A DNA stretch of 64,000 nucleotides from Utricularia gibba (GCA_002189035.1 NEEC01000012.1:1550001-1614000); one strand, 5' to 3'. Positions 1 through 13,612 are shown, counted from the first letter of the stretch. The notes: generated by a model from the sequence alone, not told the origin. Program-made: numbers and translations.

Positions 1-3000
1 CATCTCCTAACCTTGTCAAATTGATCTAAAACAGCAGATGGAGGCGGGATTCTCTTATCGATGGCAAAGTTAAATTCTTGAGGTACGGTAAGCTGCTTCT
101 TCATGTGGCAGATCATTCCCATGTCTCCCTTACTTTCAAAAATCTGCGTGAGTTGAAAAATAGAGATTAAAGAACAGTCTACATTTAGAGTATCATCAGC
201 AGTCTGCATACCTTTCGATTCAATGGTCTTGCCTTGAACTGTGGAATACTCGCAAGCTCCTCGGTCTCTACTTCATCAGAACTCTTGATCTTGGGAGGTC
301 TTGCCCGGAGAGATGTTCGAAGAGCAGGCGACCTTGGTGCAGTTAGATGAGGCTTCCACTGAGAGCTCTGGAAATAACCACATGCAAATCCCCAATATGA
401 ATATGACAAGCTGGTAGAATTCCATCTTCAATATGATCCAGACGTTGTTACTTTAGCTCTAGACATACATACCTTAACCTCGGTAGATTCTGTTGACGCT
501 ACAGTGGATGTGTCGGAATTGTAATTGGCCTTTGCCATTGTCTGCAAATGGAACTCCTGTGGAAGTAGCAAATGTCTCAAACCAAAAGAACAAAAAGGAA
601 ATAGAAGACAATGAATGCATACCCGAAATTCAGGGGCATGTGGAGTACTCCTGGGTAATGGTGGCAGCGTAGGTGCCTCAAAAATCTGGGACAACAAGCG
701 TAAGGGACCCAAGTCCAGAAGTTTATAGGAACCAGAGTATGGGAACAGCTATGTCTACCTTCTTATTTAAGGGGCGAGCCTTAAATTTTGGTATTTTAGC
801 CATCATTTCTTCTTCCAATTCAGCTGTACTCTTGATTTTGATAAACCGCACACGTTGTGATGTCTCAAATTCAGGTGTCTTTGGCCTTGTCAGTGTAAGT
901 TTAGGTTTTCCGTGCATTGCCCCATCAGCATTTTCCTGATAATAAATTGATTGAAGATGATCAAAACAAGTACCACCTTCATATTTGAAGGGGAAAATAC
1001 AGAAGCTATTCATGAATTACCTGTGAAAGAGTGCCATTGCGAGGCAAGGAAAGATCTCGTGTTCCCGACTGGAACTTCCTCATGATTTCTGCAGCAGAAA
1101 CAAAGGGTGCGACAGGAGGTTCTCTTACGTAAATCTGAAACATGGGAAATGGAGTTATCTTTCACAAAAATTCTAACTAAAGGATCATGCTCAGTAGCTA
1201 ATGCTGACCTTTCTTTCTTCTTTACTGGTTTTCGTATTCGTGATGCTGAATTTAGTACTACTGTTGATAATACCAGCCTTTGTTTTGTGAGGTAGATTAG
1301 GAGCTTTAGTGACGGTTAGAATCTGAGAAAAAACAGATATTCGATAAAACCATCCATCGGATGTGAAATTACTAACAACATGTGAGCAATGGTAACAAGG
1401 TATGAAAAAACTGAGAAAGGAATGCACCTGGCGAGATTTACCCCCTTCCAACTTTTGTCTCTTGATCGCTTGGTTTTCATGGGCAAAGTTTGAAGCGCCG
1501 GAACTCTTCTGAATATTTGTATCTCTGAGAAAAGTTAGGAGTATCTTTTCAATGAACAAAAAAAGGTACTTTGATTTCACAACGGAAAATTGATGCACAA
1601 TTGACCCACCTCCTAATACTCCCTGGCTTGGTGTTGCTTTTGGCTTGTGATTTTTGCATCTGTTTCCTTGAGTTGAGGGATGAAGGGTTGTGAAGCACAC
1701 TCGCAATCTTTTTAGCTGCCTCATTTTTCACTTGGGCAGGGGTGCAGACTGAAAAGCATAAATTTTGCGGATATGTGATTTTCAAAGGTCATTGCAATTG
1801 CAAGTAAAACAATATTATGAGCACAGATATGAACTTGACCTTGAGCAGCTTCCATATGAAGGGAAGAGGATGTCTTTGTTGCAACACAACTGTGTATTAA
1901 CAATGTAGATAGTTATGTATCTGAAATGGTTTACGTATTCAACAACAACAGAGTGTATGTGAAAAAGAGCATACTTTCCATTTTCTATGGAACTCGCCTC
2001 AGACTTGGTAACTTTCTCGAGTTGAGTATCCTGCCAATGCAGCAAAGCATCACGAATGGACAAAGCAAAAATAACATAAAACAAGTTCGGAAAGAAACAC
2101 TACATTACCCACCTTCAGCTCACTCTCACAAGGAATTAGCTCAGTTTCTATAACATTTATTTCCGTAATCTCCCTCCGGGCGAGTTGGTAGCGTTCTCAA
2201 CTTCAATATCCTGTAATTGCAACAAAGCATTACGAGTGGAAAAAGCGAAAGGAACAGAAAATAGGTTCAGATAAAAACATCATATTATCCACCTTCCGCT
2301 CATTCTCACAAGGAATTATCCCAGTTTTCACAAGATTTGTTTCTGTCGTTTCCCCTGGAAGCACCTCTTTTCCAGGCCTGTAACACGCAGAGCGCATCGT
2401 TTAATAAATTTATCGTAAAAAAAGAGTTGTATTCAACTGTTAATGGTGCGAAGAAGCTAGCTGACATTGACTCTTCTAGTCGTTTAGCTTCTGATGATTG
2501 CAAAGAATCAGATGCAGCAGGTACTTCCCGGACTGTATCATGCAACTTTTGCTCATCATCACCAAAATTGCAGAGAATTTGTGGCTGAATTGCTCTGCTT
2601 GCCTTTACCCTGACCATGAAGGCTGCAAATACACGAAGATGAAACATTAATAACAGGTATTGGTTTTTCTTGCGCAACATCAGATTACAAACTCACACGT
2701 TTGAGTTAGAAATTTAATCTAGTAAATGGAGTAGAAATCTAAATAAAGGAGTTCCCAACGGACTTCAGAATACACGAGAAATCAAGAACCGCACTTCCCA
2801 ACCGGCAAAAAAGAAAAGCACAATCCATTAACCAAAATAGTTGAAAGGGAACCCACGTGATGGAGCATAAGGCACAGTTTTCTCAAACCAAAGCTCTGCG
2901 CGGCGAAGATCTTCATCAGTCTCCCCTACCATGAAATCGAAATAACGAGGCGCCGAGAACTCGTAATCCTCATCGATCATGAACAAATTATCCGTAGATA

Positions 3001-3016
3001 CCTCCGCCGCAGCCAT
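1..3016 (-). CDS. TPX2: TPX2 microtubule/spindle assembly factor, multi-exon, 3' end runs off the left edge
   Basis: ATG at 3016 gives MAAAEVSTDNLFMIDEDYEFSAPRYFDF (Aurora-binding-type motif). Downstream exons carry repeated TPX2 motifs LTRPKTPEFETSQRVR, KSTAELEEEMMAKIPKFKARPLNKK and FKARPLNRK. Introns are short and GT-AG. Confidence 0.9.
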
Positions 3017-3161
3017 GATTCTCAATCCAGCGAAGATGAATCTAAATTCTGAATCGAGAGGGCGATTAGGAGAAACTCTTCGAAGAAGAAATCAAAAAGC
3101 AGGCGAATCGGAAATGTCGAGGCTCTTCTCTTCCTCCTCTGGTAATAACGCTTCGGTTTAC

Positions 3162-3215
3162 AACGGTCGGATAATTTAAAAATTAAGATGAGTGGCCAAC
3201 TGCCTGTCGTAACGG
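3162..3215. promoter_or_regulatory. Two MSA-like (AACGG) cores upstream of TPX2
   Basis: AACGG at 3162-3166 and 3211-3215, about 150-200 bp upstream of the TPX2 ATG. MSA elements are the known G2/M (MYB3R) sites of plant mitotic genes. Confidence 0.5.
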
Positions 3216-3450
3216 CTAGTCGGTCGTCTCGGTTTCTCAATACGTCGTCGTTTGGAATCATCTGTGGCCCCACCCATTAATTCCATTAAAATAGCATATA
3301 TTAAATAATATTTTTTGCAACAAAACTGATTAACATCCCCGTGCCTTCAGACTCGGCGACGGAGGAGGATTCCGGAGCTCCGGAGCTGCTGCAGTCTCCG
3401 TCTGCAACCCCAAACTGTAGATGCCAGGACTGAATCTTGACGACGGAGAA

Positions 3451-4134
3451 CTAAACGCAATTCCTCTTTCTCTTCTTCTTCAACACAAAAACATCTGCTT
3501 CTTCGTAGGCGTACTCTGAGTGCAGATGCTCGTGGGGCACCTTGTTAACCTCAAATGCTTCTTCGCACATTTCCCAGAAGAGTTTATCGGCTTCAGGGGA
3601 TCTCAATTGGTAACCCAACAAAACGACGCCGTCGTCGCCCACCAAACTCTCCATCGCTTGAATCAACGGCGCCACCGTCTTCTCAATGTACACCACATCC
3701 GTCGCGATCACAAGATCGAACGGCGGTTTAAGCGATTTCAATTGATCGCTGTTCTCCCAATAGAGTTGCGCAACTTTTAGGGTTTTATTCAACGCCGATT
3801 TGTTCCGTTTCAGATTGTGCTTCAGCGCCGGCATCACGGGGGCGATGTCCGTCAGAACGATGTCGTGCAAGCCAAGCAGGTAAAGCCCCATCCCGGCGAC
3901 GCCGCATCCGGATCCTAATTCGATCCCCCGTTTACCTGTGAAATTCAACAATTCGGAATAGGGGTTCTCGACAGCGGCGCATTTTAGAGGATGCCACCGC
4001 TCGGCGAACTTGGTAAGCACCAGGGAGCACGGCCACACGGAAGTTCCGACGTGCATCGAGCCGTTATCCTGTTGGACGGAGAGGCGCGTGTCGTTCACGG
4101 TCAGATCGATCACCGGCGAGGCTGTGAACTTCAT
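3451..4134 (-). CDS. METTL21-like protein-lysine methyltransferase (Methyltransf_16), single exon
   Basis: Probable start MKFTASPVIDL at 4134. Motifs include GTSVWPCSLVL, SAM motif I GIELGSGCG, VLTD and DLVIATDVVY. Confidence 0.85.
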   Translation of the reverse strand: MKFTASPVIDLTVNDTRLSVQQDNGSMHVGTSVWPCSLVLTKFAERWHPLKCAAVENPYSELLNFTGKRGIELGSGCGVAGMGLYLLGLHDIVLTDIAPVMPALKHNLKRNKSALNKTLKVAQLYWENSDQLKSLKPPFDLVIATDVVYIEKTVAPLIQAMESLVGDDGVVLLGYQLRSPEADKLFWEMCEEAFEVNKVPHEHLHSEYAYEEADVFVLKKKRKRNCV

Positions 4135-4202
4135 CTTGGGCTTCCTAATCCTAACAGACAAACAAGCTTCTTTTCTACCCCTAGCTTTAGCAGCTCCTGC
4201 AA

Positions 4203-4266
4203 AATATTGGGCCCAATATTTGTTGGGCTCATTGAATTTTTTGAAGCCCGATATACCTGGGCCCAA
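4203..4266. promoter_or_regulatory. Site II (TGGGCY/GGCCCA) cluster in the divergent METTL21/CER16 promoter
   Basis: An 18-bp palindrome AATATTGGGCCCAATATT (4203-4220) plus further TGGGCT and GGGCCCA motifs lie between two head-to-head genes. Confidence 0.45.
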
Positions 4267-4863
4267 ATTGTCTTTACCTTCTTTTGTAAGATGCCCATCG
4301 TAGATCCTGCTGTTTTTGTGCGGGTAAAGATAACGAGGCTGATTTCTGAAGTTGATGTCTGTGTTTCGAAATCTTTATCAGACATGCAATTCTGTTGAGT
4401 GAGTGTTCTTGTACGTAGTCGAGATTTGACCCTTCCAGGAATTTTCTTTTTTTTTTGGTGGGCGGAATTTGGCGTTGGAAAACAAGTCATCTACAAAAGT
4501 AGATCTTTCTCTTCATTTTGCGTTTCCAGGGCTGGAAATGTCCATAGAAATCGTTGGCAGAGAATTGGGTCGAAACCCTTCATTTGAAAATACTTCCTTT
4601 TGCTATTTTGGCTGATTTTGGCAAGCTTTAAGCCCCCTTCTGATTAGTAGAAAGACTGTTTTTTTTTTAATGTTTGCGGTTGTATCTGTTTGAAAAGGAG
4701 TAAGGCAATTCTGGTTTCATATAGGCTTTATCTGAGAATGTGGAAATTATTTCCGGAAAGGGACTTCGACAGAGCTTTTGTTATTTTTGAATGCTTTAGA
4801 TAGATGTTCATACTTTGATGTATTTCGTCTGTGTGCTGTTTAACCCTGCAGACCTTGGTGAAA

Positions 4864-6470
4864 ATGGATGTGAAGGCATTAGCAAAATCAAAGAGAGCTC
4901 ATTCATTGCATCATACTAAAAAGCGCCATCCCCATTCACCAGCTAAAGCACCTCAGGTTGTATCGGATGACAAGACGCTGACTGGAAAACAAGCGAAAGA
5001 GAAACTGCCGCGGGCGCTTGAGTCCAGGCCTCTCCCTCAAACTGGGACCGATATGATGATGCCTCGGGTTTGGCTTCAGAAGAAGCTCCATCCAGCTCTG
5101 CCCTCCTTCTGAGATGGTTGCACCAAAAAGCAAGGGTGCTGATTACGCCTGCCTGATTTCAGAGGCAAAAGAAGCTCGAACCCACAAAACTTCGTTTCCT
5201 CATCCCTTCGCGGATGATATTACCTATGGTATTCCCTTGCACTGGAAACCAGCTGACCTCTTTATTGATTGTAACTGCTGTGTAGCATTATATGCGTGAG
5301 CCCAAACTAGTTCCATTGTATCTTATGCACGACTAGGTGCTGCTAGTGTTGCAAGGTCATCCACTTTATTGAGAAGTGTGATTGTCTTACATGGTTTCAC
5401 TGTAGATTATGGCCCGATGCTCCTCAGCAGGGGGCAGAGCATACTTTCTTGGGTTGAAGATGATAACTTTGAGCTAGATGGAGAAGGGAGCTCTAGTTTT
5501 CAGGTGTCAATTCGTCTTGTTTATTTTTCAATATTTCAGGATCGAATCGTTTCTCATTTGAGGCGTTGTTTCATTTCTGAAAATCTCTATTTATTTACTT
5601 GTCTTTGACGGGCAGATTCCCTTCCTGACGCTCAATTTGGATACCCTTGCAAAGCAACTTGCTAGAACAAAGCCATCCACTAGATGGTTCATTGAGCCTG
5701 ATGGATTTCCCTCAGAGCTGGTACCTATTTTTACTTGAGAACTTCCATGTTTTTACATGAGGGGAATCGACATTAATAGCTGCAAAACTTGCCAGTTAGA
5801 CGACGAACTGCAGGCGGGTGCAGAAGTCCAGTATGATGATGAAACTCTCAAAAATGATGTCAAACACGATTCCAGTGCCCGGGATCCCATCATTTACAGA
5901 AGTAGTTTGCAGTTTCAGACGCCGCCTGTTGGAACATCAGGCAAGGAGACGATCATGGATTCGAAGGGAAGTGGTGAAACAGCTGCCCACAAGCTAATTT
6001 CACGGAAAATGGAGCATGCTGCTGCTGAGAAGCCGTCGTCTGGCTTCGAGGCTGTAACTGCAGAAGCAGAACTTGATTTGCTGCTGAATTCCTTCAGTGA
6101 GACCAAGATCACGGATTTGAAGGGAAGCGGTGAAACAGGTACCCACAAGCCTGGTTCACGGCAAATGGAGCATGCTGCCCCTGGGTTCGAGGCTGTAACA
6201 GCAGAAGCAGAACTTGATATGCTTCTGAATTCCTTCAGTGAAACCAAGATCTCCGGCTCGCCAACGAATGCTGCTGCAAGAATCGTTCCGAATTTAATCG
6301 AAACCACCAAGAAGAAAGGGACAACCCCAGCATTCAGCGATGCTGATGTTGATAAGCTGCTACAGGAAACGTCTGGTTCAACTGCAACCGAGGAGGAGCC
6401 TTCTAGCCGTGGCTCCGTGCCAAGGTTTCAGGTTATGGAAGATTTCGACTCCTGGTTGGATTCCATTTGA
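4864..6470 (+). pseudogene. CER16: ECERIFERUM16 / RIPR (RST1-interacting protein)-like gene with two apparent -1 frameshifts in exon 1
   Basis: Family blocks MDVKALAKSKRAHSLHH, PSNWDRY, PKSKGADY, RGQSILSWVEDDNF, FEAVTAEAELDMLLNSF and terminal DFDSWLDSI are all present, but the first three lie in three different frames. Exons are approximately 4864-5228, 5406-5503, 5616-5720 and 5796-6470. Confidence 0.75.
5958..6252 (+). repeat. Tandem in-frame duplication (~150 bp) in the last CER16 exon
   Basis: Two copies of D(S/L)KGSGET...MEHAA...GFEAVTAEAELD(L/M)LLNSFSETKI. Confidence 0.85.
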
Positions 6471-7119
6471 ACCGTATTCGAATTCACTATGTAAAAATGG
6501 GACACCCCGTGGTGAAGAGCAACGTGAAAATGGGAAAATCCATCCCTTGGAACAAGAATTTCAGCCATTATCAATGGCAATTGGCAACAGCATCCATTAA
6601 CATCACCGTTGTCGTTTTCTGTGTACGAAAAAGGCGTTAGTTCACTTTTAAGGCACCCAACGTTGTTTAGACTTTCAGCGAACTGAAAATGGAAAATTGA
6701 GTGAGGGGGGATTTCAAAATCCGTCGCAGAGTACGGAGGGGCCGGGCAGAATTTGCAATATGGCACTGACACAAAATTTTTTTATTAAATACCAATGGTT
6801 TGTTTTTATTTGTGTCGTATCACTGATATTAGAGAATATTTATAATATGACATTAATATATACATGGTATATCTAAATATCTTACATATTCTTATAAAAT
6901 TTTTAATTTCTAATGAGCCATCCAATTTATTTTCTATGTGAAGAAAAAACTTACTAACACACTTACTAAATATTATATTTTGATTGTGCCACTAAATTTA
7001 TTTGAAATAAATAAATATATTAATTACAATTGATCATCAACTCCCAACAAAGCTAAGGTTTTGTTGGCATACTCCCACGGAACATCTCCCACAAGCATGC
7101 AATCTCCATCTTTATCCTC

Positions 7120-7560
7120 ATATGTAAGAGAGGGGAAAATAGTAAATTCTGAAAGAACTTCTTGTCAACCTATTTTAGATATGAACTATCCGATTCAAAA
7201 GGAAATAACTTACATCAGTATCTCAATTCAAATATAGGTTTGATTCACCTTCCATATTCTAAGAAACATTTACCATTCGAAAAGAGGAAAAAACGGAGTC
7301 TTTATCTAAATAAATGCATTGAGAAAAGGTAAATATATCAAAACTTTCAAGGAAATAGTATTTTTTTTAACTCTCTCAAAATGGAATCTATTCCAAACAT
7401 ATATGCCATTATTCCTTATTTCGACAAGATACAAATATCTAAAATTTCTATTTTTAGATACTTTTTCATACCTATTGCCAATATTAAATAGCAATAAAAA
7501 ATTTATCCATATTTCATGATATCATGCATGGATCAGGTATATTGTGTCGAATTCTTCTCC
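7120..7560 (+). other. ycf2: Nuclear plastid DNA insertion (NUPT): decayed ycf2 fragment
   Basis: Translation [38 protein letters not shown] and the upstream block [13 protein letters not shown] match the recalled plastid Ycf2 segment [13 protein letters not shown]...[23 protein letters not shown], with frameshifts and AT-biased substitutions. Confidence 0.8.
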
Positions 7561-8054
7561 TAATTGAATCAATATCATACTGGTTCCATATTTTAGGAAT
7601 GTTATGTGAAAACTTTGTTTATGAAACAACTTAATTATAATGTATCACACTTTATTTTCATTTTTTAATTGATTTCTATAAATAAATAAATTTGTATATA
7701 TATAATATTTATAATGTATTTTTTAACATAAAAATTAAAGTACTATTTATAAAAATTTTCTAAATAACCCTGTTTTATTTTAATAAATTATTTTTCTTGT
7801 CATGTTTTTTGTATATAATAAAATATTTTTATATGTTTTACAATGAATTATATAAAAAGATTAATAATAAAGAAATATACATTTAATTCAAGCTATAATA
7901 TAATATAATATAAATAACTATATTGATAATTAGATATATGTAAATACTTGTTTGAATTTTACAAATATAATAAAAGATAATAACTGATTTGAATTATAAA
8001 AACTCATGACATATTTATAATATAGTAAGTGTATTTTTAATATAATATATTAAA

Positions 8055-9855
8055 AATAATTAAATTTATTCATGTTAAAGAAAAATTAAATTCAGAAAAA
8101 ACTAAATCAGAAATTATCATTAAATAAGTTTGTAGAAATAATAATTAGTATGATTATTTTATTTTTATTTATTTATTTTTCTAAAAAAATATTTTTTAGT
8201 TATTAAAAATTGAATGCATTACCTATATATTAAAGAATTTCGTAATACAATGTAAAAAATTGATACATAACAATTAAGATCACCTATAAAATAAATAATT
8301 TGATAACAATCTCACGTTCTTGTGTTATACATAAACTATGTTGGTGTGTGTGTGTGTCACATGGGTGTAGGTTATACATAACTCATGCTCATGTGACTTT
8401 CTAATATTATACAAGTGTGTTTTATATTTTTACAATAAATTTCTTTAATGATGTAAAAGTTATAATAAAAATTAGTATGAAAATAGTAAGTTTTATTTAC
8501 AAAAGTGTCAGAATCCACCAAACATTTTTGTTAAAATAGAAATTGTATGGTGCAGAGATTATGGATTATACATTACTGTTTCCGTTCTTGATTGTGAACT
8601 ATCATATAAATTAGATATTAAGTGTCTACTTCAAATTGTCAAGAGGTTGATTACATGCATTTTCCTTTAATAAGAATCAAATTGTTTATATGTTAGAGTG
8701 TCTTCTATATTATCTTGTAGCATCAACAAAGTGTGTCGTCTTTCAAGCCTCTCACTTGTAATTTTTTTAATGATTTTTTTAAAATAATGAATGTCAAATT
8801 AAATTATAAATTAATAAAACAAACAACTTATATGCATAAGTACAATGTGTTTACTAAATTATTTTGGCGACTCCTACAATAAATAATGTTATGTATATAT
8901 CATCCCAAATTTGATATTGGAAGTATATTAAAAAAATAGGAATATATTAACTATTTAATTTACTTTAAACTCTAAAACCATAAAACTCTAACTTATATTT
9001 AATATATACCTCAAACTTAAAATTTATAGTTGTTTTATATATAAATGTTCCTCAATAATGACGTTTATCATCAGTAATGTTGTGTATGTTGAGTATTCAA
9101 GTTGGATTATAAGTATATTATATTTCAAATGTTTTACTTTATGAAACCTCACAACATTTTATATTAATTTAGACAACACTTTACATTCCTATCAAAATTT
9201 TTTTAAGTGATTATTTTTAAATTTTAATGTGATTAAATTGTATGTCAATAACATATTTATAATTTTTTGTTTTGATTTTAAATTATTTAAAATAATTATT
9301 CATGAAAAATTATTTTGATATAATGGACGTCAATTTTATTTCTAAATCATTTAATAAATAATTCATATTTGTAAGCACATTTTACGATTTTTGATAAATT
9401 TTTTGTGATCAATAAAATATATATTTATATATGTTCCGTTCTTACAATTAATAAATTGATGCAATCTAGTAAGATATTTTTTTCAATATTATCTTGAAAA
9501 ATTTAATAATGTAAAATTCTCACAACTTTTAAAATGTTTGGTATGTGGTAGACGTTGTATAGTGATTTAATTTGATATTTTTCAATCACATATTTTTTTT
9601 AAAAATAATATTTAAAATTAAATTATAATGTCTTTCAACATTGAAATCATCTTAATATAAAATTGTTATGTGTCATTCATTTGATGAAATTCTATTACAA
9701 AATCCCCTAATATATAGATAATGCATTCAATTTTTTATAACCAAAAATACTTTTTTGTAGAAATATAAAAAATTTAAAAGAAAAACAACAATACTAATTA
9801 TTATTCTACAAACTTATTTATTAATTTTCTTGAAAATGAATAAATTTAATTATTT
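8055..9855. repeat. Foldback-type inverted repeat (arms ~8055-8275 and ~9661-9855)
   Basis: Shared blocks in opposite orientation include TAAATAAGTTTGTAGAA, AAAAATTGAATGCATTA(C/T)CTATATATTA and AATAATTAAATTTATTCAT. No TSD was identified. Confidence 0.65.
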
Positions 9856-11384
9856 TATAATATTATAATTATTTCAATTTATATTAGAAATTGTAAATAA
9901 ATAATTGAAATAATAAATACAAACTACGGATTTTGATATGCAAATCATTTTATTAAATTATTTTTATTTTGAAAAAATATAAAAATTTGTAATTATATGA
10001 AATTGTATTATGTTATACAAAATAATTTAAAAAGTAATTAAATATTAATGTTTTCTGTATTTAAATGATTTATGGTTGTTATGAAATAAATAGTCTCTAT
10101 TATAATTAATAAAACATAGTTTTGAATTGTTAATTAAAAAATGAAATAATGAAAACAATCAGAATTGAATGAATGAGTAAAATAATTATCAAAATTATTT
10201 TAATTTTTATGGCATGTGTTAATTTGAAAAGAATATTCAATCCATTAGTATATATTAAAGGGCTACGTTTTGTTTTAATACAAATGTTTGAAAAAAAAAC
10301 GTACAATTCTATACTAACGTTTGTATAATGTGATTTTTGGTACATACGTTATCTAATTTTATAGATTTTACATACAAACGTTTTCAAAATATTTTTTTTG
10401 AAACTAATATTTTGAAAAATAATATATCTTCAATACCAACGTTTTTTTGAAATTTTTTTTGATACATATGTTTATAATTTATCTTTTAAATAAAAACACA
10501 CTTTTTAATACCTATATTATGAGAACAAATGTTTACTTATGAGCTTTTATTTTAGTACATACATTTAACTGACTCATTCTCAAATTGAGAAATGTAATAT
10601 TATTAGGTTTCAGTTATTGCTAGTCACTATAATAAAATCCTTTGATTTTTATTAGCCATCACAATCCATCACAAGCCACCTTGATTGTTGACCCATCATC
10701 CTCTTGACCCATCATGATCGTCCTTATTTAGTAGCCCATCGCTCTCTTGACTTTGAGTCGGTGTTCTCAGATTCTGGGTTTTATTGATGGTAATTTTATA
10801 TTCATTTTCTTATATCATTCTTCTTTGAATTGTAAGTTTATTAGATAGATGTAGAATCATATCGATTTAATTTACTATAGCTTTTCAATTGTTTTGGTGT
10901 CATAGGTTCTAACCATGAGTGATTCGGATACTACGGAATCATACATTTATTTGGAGGAGGAGTTTCAATATGAATCTAGTGGGTTGCGACCTTTGTGCTC
11001 ATTCGATGTTGAACCGATGTCTAAAATTGAGTGAAAGGAAGAATGCATACTTCAAGCACATGAGGCTGCTACTCAATACATTGAGTTATATGATCATGAG
11101 GATGAAGAAATGATATATTATAACTCGAAAAAGGGATGGAAAGGATTAAATCTTAGGTAAATCTTATACTATTTTTTATTAATAATAATAATAGTTAGGG
11201 GTTAATCTTTAATTATTTCTTTGAGTACCAATAATTCATCACATCTAATTTTTAGATGTGATTGATATATGTTATGTTTATAATTATTATGAATTTTACT
11301 TATAATGCGTATGAATTGGTTCCTATGTGTATTTATCTGGGGTTTTTATTTATTATTCATAAAAGTCTTTTTATTATGATGTAG

Positions 11385-13347
11385 GGAAGGAATATTATTT
11401 GGTAGCAAAATAGCAGTACAGGATGTCATCGTTGCTTATTGTATTCAGGAACGAATTCAGTGGAAATTTCAGAACAATGACAACATATACATCTGTGTTG
11501 TGTGTGAAGGGGGTCGGGACGAAAGGTGTAGTTGGGGTGTAACCATCTCAGGTCCCCATTCAAATCGAGATTAGCAAGTATCTAAGTATTATAGTGAGCA
11601 TTGTAGTTCATGTAATAAGGAGTTGACTGAAAATAAGTCTTTAAAACCCAAGCATCTAGTGAGACTTTTTGAGGATAAGTTATTAGGTGAGCCAGACATC
11701 ACCACACGTGATTTTAGGCATCACATCAACTTAACAACATCCATGTGGGTGAATCCTATGCAAGCACATGTGGTACGGAAGAAGGTATTGGGAGATAGTG
11801 ATGGAAAGCTAGCAACGGAGTATTCGATGATTGGTCGGTATTGTGCACAATTAGTTCTATCCAATCCTAGAACTACTATTGACCTAGTCCTCTCACCTCC
11901 AAACATCAACAACACTTATCGACGATTTGAAAAACTCTACATTTGTTTGGATGCATGTAAAATGGGTTGGAGGCATTATCGACCATTTGTTGGTGTTGAT
12001 GGTTGTCATGTTAAATGTAGAGGGGGTGGTCAAAATTTGAGTACATGCACATTTGATGCTGATGAACACATTTTACCACTAGCATACGCAGTTGTGGATA
12101 CTGAGAGTGAGGACACATGGATGTGGTTTTTAAGCCTTCTTAAGGTTGATTTGGATATTACAGAGGATAATATGCACAAGTTCACATTCATGACAGATAG
12201 GGGCTCGGGACTAAAGTCTGCCATGCATATTGTACTACCTTCAATACATGTAAGACTTTATTTTATATGTATGGTTAATTAAACATATGTGATATTTAAC
12301 TAATTTAAAGTGTATGGTGATTTATGTAGTTGCGGGATTGTATTAGACATCTACAAGAGAATGTAGGTGTACAATCAGATACTGTCAAGACTCAAGTTTG
12401 GAAGTGTGCAACATCATCCATGCCAGCTACTTGGAGAATGGAAATGGATGCCCTTGGTCGGTTGAACAGCAATGCATACAGTAGGCTAAATAAACTAAAT
12501 TTTTCTAGGTGGACGCATGCATACTTCACTGAGGATGCCAAATGTGGAGCTTTAACAAATAACATTTTGGAATCTTGGAATGCCTCCTTACTTGATGCAC
12601 GGCGATTATCGATACTACGGATGCTAGAAGAGATCAGATGGATCATTGCCGACCGATTTAACAAACAACGTGCAGAAGCATCCAAATGGAAATATAGGTA
12701 CTCCCCATTATCCATGCAAACTATAAAAAACAACTCCACACCAAAGGCTGGTGTGGAGATCAGATCTACGGATGAATGGCATTGGGAATGGGTCAAGGGA
12801 TTGCATCGTTACTACGTTAATCTCCGGGACTCCACGTGTTCTTGTCAGATGTGGCAACTAACTGGTAAGTGATTATGTTTAGTCACAAATTATGATTGCT
12901 TTCTTACTGGATAAATTGTAAGTATACCATGCAAACATGCGGTGCAAATTATACAAACTAAGCGTGATAATCCGAGGGATTACATACATGATTGGTATAA
13001 CGACACGCACTTTAGGTAAACATACACTCACTCCATTCATGGTAATGAACATGAAAAAAGTTTTTGTTGTTAATTATTGTCTTCACTTTTTCAACTTTTG
13101 TTTGGTAGGTATGCCGGATAATAAGGAATGGCCAATGTTGAACAAGAGCAACATACTACCTCCGATATTTCATACGACACCTCGTGGTAGACCCAAGAAG
13201 CATCGAAAAAGGCCACCTTATGAAAAACAATCACCTCATAAGAAACAGAAGAAAGCTGGAACAAGACAATTACAATTTTATTGTGCATGTGGATACACAG
13301 GGCACAATGTACTGACATGTGAGCTAAACTCCAAAAAAAAAAGGTAG
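11385..13347 (+). mobile_element. MuDR/Mutator (MULE) transposase, mildly decayed
   Basis: MuDR N-terminal region has a stop near 11573. MULE core shows FVGVDGCH, LPLAYAVVDTESEDTWMWFL, FMTDRGSGL, RDCIRH and TNNILESWNA. SWIM finger CSCQMWQLTG/IPCKH is split by an intron, followed by RGRPKK and a C-terminal zinc knuckle CACGYTGHNVLTC. Confidence 0.85.
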
Positions 13348-13612
13348 TCTGTTATATTGGATCATAGGTTTGTTCCATATGGTGTGATATTATTTGTTAT
13401 CAAGATGTATTGTTTCCTTGTTATAGGAAAAAGAAGATTGTGGAAAAAATGAAGAAAATGAACAAGGAACACAAGAACCATCTACAGGAACAGAGCCAAA
13501 GGTCACCTCTGATCAACCCCAAAATTCAGCTACTTCCAAGGGAAACACATACATGCCAAACAAAGATGAAAATGTATAATATTTTTAATCATTGTTTCAT
13601 CTTTGAGCTCAT

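Noticed and set aside
3520-6310. Antisense and alternate-frame ORFs over METTL21 and CER16 (3520, 3991, 4010, 5915)
   Set aside because: These are shadow frames of GC-richer real coding sequence, with no recognisable motifs.
6428-6772. 114-aa minus-strand ORF overlapping the CER16 3' end
   Set aside because: No recognisable domain. It is probably UTR or antisense sequence.
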